Positions 62,310-64,000 of a stretch of DNA of 64,000 nt are shown in pieces. Every line of letters starts with the position of its first letter. The first letter of the stretch is position 1. The DNA comes from Chrysemys picta bellii (taxonomy: Eukaryota), in the NCBI RefSeq assembly GCF_011386835.1, contig NC_088798.1, positions 11,408,001-11,472,000 of the forward strand, in the 5' to 3' direction. A program made the translations under genes and the position numbers. The notes beneath the pieces were generated by a model that saw only the letters and a program-made list of their open reading frames with translations, was not told the DNA's origin and ran no database searches.

Positions 62310-63200
62310 CTCACTCGTTCCGCGGACAGTCAACGACAGCTCATTGAACCAGTGGGAGAGATCATTTGGAGAAAAGCCCCGCCTCCTCCAAAACCGTATG
62401 TGGAAGAGTCCAGCGCGGCATGTGGGGGGATGTGTGTGTCAGTGAACCAGTCCGAACCCTGAAATATGGGCGTGGGGAGGCTGAGACCTTAAAGCCTCGT
62501 CTCTATTCTAGCTCCTTCTTCGCTGCTATTTCAGCTCCGTGGGGCGCCGTGCGTTCCGCCCCCCACGCTCACCATGGTTTGCTCCCCCCTCTCTGACGCT
62601 GGTTTGATTTAACCGTCATAGGGGGCGATAAGGTACGTCATCGCGCAGCTGAATGTTCATTGGTTGGGGAGGTAGCCGAGCTGGTCCTGACCATTAGTCC
62701 AACTGTCTCTGTGGGGGTTAGGTGCTGATCCCGGCTGCGCTAGGGCTGGGGGGGCCTCGCGGGTCGCGCTAGGGAGGCGGGGCCCGGGAAGGAGACAGCG
62801 GGCCGGACCCCCCGTAGCGCTGGTCGCGGCCAGCCGTCGCGAGCCGGTAACGGCGCCTGAGCCCACACTATGTCCGGCAAGAGTAAGCCCTTGTCTAGCT
62901 GCAGCTGCCCGGAGCTGGCCGCGGGGCAGCGAGTCGGAGCGGGCGGCCGAGGTGCTGCAGCCCGACTGCCCCAGGAGGAGTCTGAGGCGCAAGGACGGGG
63001 CCGCAGGGCTCACCCCAGCCTGGGCGACCCTGCCATTGTCAAGTCCCCCAGTGACCCCAAGCACTACAGGTGAGGGGGAGGGGCCCAGCACTAAACGGGA
63101 CCGCAGGGGGGGGGGCGTGTGGGGAAGAAGGTGGAAGGGATTCCCCCCCCCGCCCCCAGCGTCACGGGGATGGTGCAGAGGGTCTAGGCGCTTCCCCGGC
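62310..63200. promoter_or_regulatory. CpG island / NRDC promoter
   Basis: CpG-rich; ATTGG (reverse CCAAT) near 62660 and TACGTCA CRE-like site near 62636. Confidence 0.8.
62870..63069 (+). CDS. NRDC: Nardilysin (M16 metallopeptidase), coding exon 1; remainder right of the window
   Basis: actATG; MSGKSKPLSSCSCPELAAGQ...LGDPAIVKSPSDPKHYR|GTGAGG. Resembles recalled mammalian NRDC MPGRNKAKSTCSCPDL...GDPEIVKSPSDPKQYR. Confidence 0.9.
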
Positions 63201-63344
63201 CTTACAGTAACCCTGGAAGAAGAAACTAAAACAAACGATTCCCCCCCCCCCTTCCTCCCTCATACATTTCCAGTTGCTTCCATATCAGCAGCAAACGTGA
63301 ACTCAAGGGTTGAATGAATACTTTTAAAATGTACCATGGGTACG

Positions 63345-63545
63345 AATTGGGCTGTAGCCCACGAAAGCTTATGCTCAACTACATTTGTTAGTCTCTAAAG
63401 TGCCACAAGCACTCCTGTTCTTCTTCAAGTATCAGAGGGGTATCTGTAAATAGCAACAGAGGGTCCTGTGGCACCTTTAAGACTAACAGAAGTATTGGAC
63501 CATAAGCTTTTGTGGGTGAATGCCCACTTCAGCAGATGCAAGTTC
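63345..63545. mobile_element. Two Penelope pLTR fragments tail-to-tail in NRDC intron 1
   Basis: Plus copy CCCACGAAAGCTTATGCTC...GTGCCACAAG, then minus copy CAGAGGGG...GTGGCACCTTTAAGACTAAC...CATAAGCTTTTGTGGG. Confidence 0.85.
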
Positions 63546-63842
63546 TTGGATCCTATTCACCAACCACATACATTGTTAACATTAAGAAATTTTAACTCCG
63601 TTGGATGATACCTCTACAGCCTGTAGAGAAATGCTTGTCTCCTTCAGCGAGGGTTATGATTTTTCACATTGGGCAAGTTGTTTCTAACTTGAACTTTTGA
63701 GCCTGGATAATTGACATAAAATATTATTTGAAGGCCCTTGCTAGCAGCTGCAGAGTAATGCACTTGTCTGTGCACAGAAAAAAAATATCACCAAATTCTT
63801 GTGACTTTACACTATATAACCAAAGCTAACTTATGGCAAATA

Positions 63843-64000
63843 GGCCCTGATCTATACTACAACTTTAGGTTGGTGTACGTTGCCTTTTGTCAACCTGTTT
63901 TGTGCATGTGTCTATACTCAGATTTGTCTCTGGCAGACATAAGCACCTAATTATTGCAATGCAGTAAAACCACCTGCCTGAACAGTGTAGATAAATGGGT
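63843..64000. mobile_element. Possible Harbinger-type MITE running toward the window edge
   Basis: GGCCCTGATCTATACT left end resembles the GGCC..GTCTACACT TIR; right end unresolved. Confidence 0.4.

Noticed and set aside
1-64000. tRNA, rRNA, snoRNA or intact autonomous TE genes
   Set aside because: None recognised. All CR1, Penelope, RLE and hAT coding remnants are truncated or frameshifted; a covariance-model scan would be needed to exclude small RNAs.

Overview
Vertebrate genomic DNA. The repeat complement (CR1, Penelope-like, NeSL/Utopia-like, hAT/Harbinger/Tc1 MITEs, LF-SINE, MIR) suggests a turtle; this is inferred and the species was not determined. Five genes were reconstructed exon by exon from splice sites and recalled homology. 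They are SLC1A7 exons 1-2 (minus, remainder left of the window), complete CPT2 (plus, 5 exons, 664 aa), complete CZIB/C1orf123 (minus, 8 exons, 160 aa, one GC-AG intron), complete MAGOH (minus, 5 exons, 146 aa) and NRDC/nardilysin exon 1 (plus, head-to-head with MAGOH). Most other ORF-track entries are repeat-derived or shadow frames. I found no new protein-coding system; the notable signals are at RNA and TE level. A CR1 inserted 3 nt before CPT2 exon 5 now supplies the branch-point/pyrimidine region of that acceptor. Five minimal hammerhead-ribozyme motifs sit in Penelope-derived repeats, two with intact cores, and one of these is locked in an 89-bp hairpin next to a pre-miRNA-sized hairpin in CZIB intron 2. 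Other highlights are an RLE-type (Utopia-like) retrotransposon fragment abutting the CPT2 promoter, a competing out-of-frame tandem donor in CZIB exon 1, and a MAGOH-NRDC adjacency that differs from the human gene order as I recall it. Family names come from recalled similarity, not database searches.
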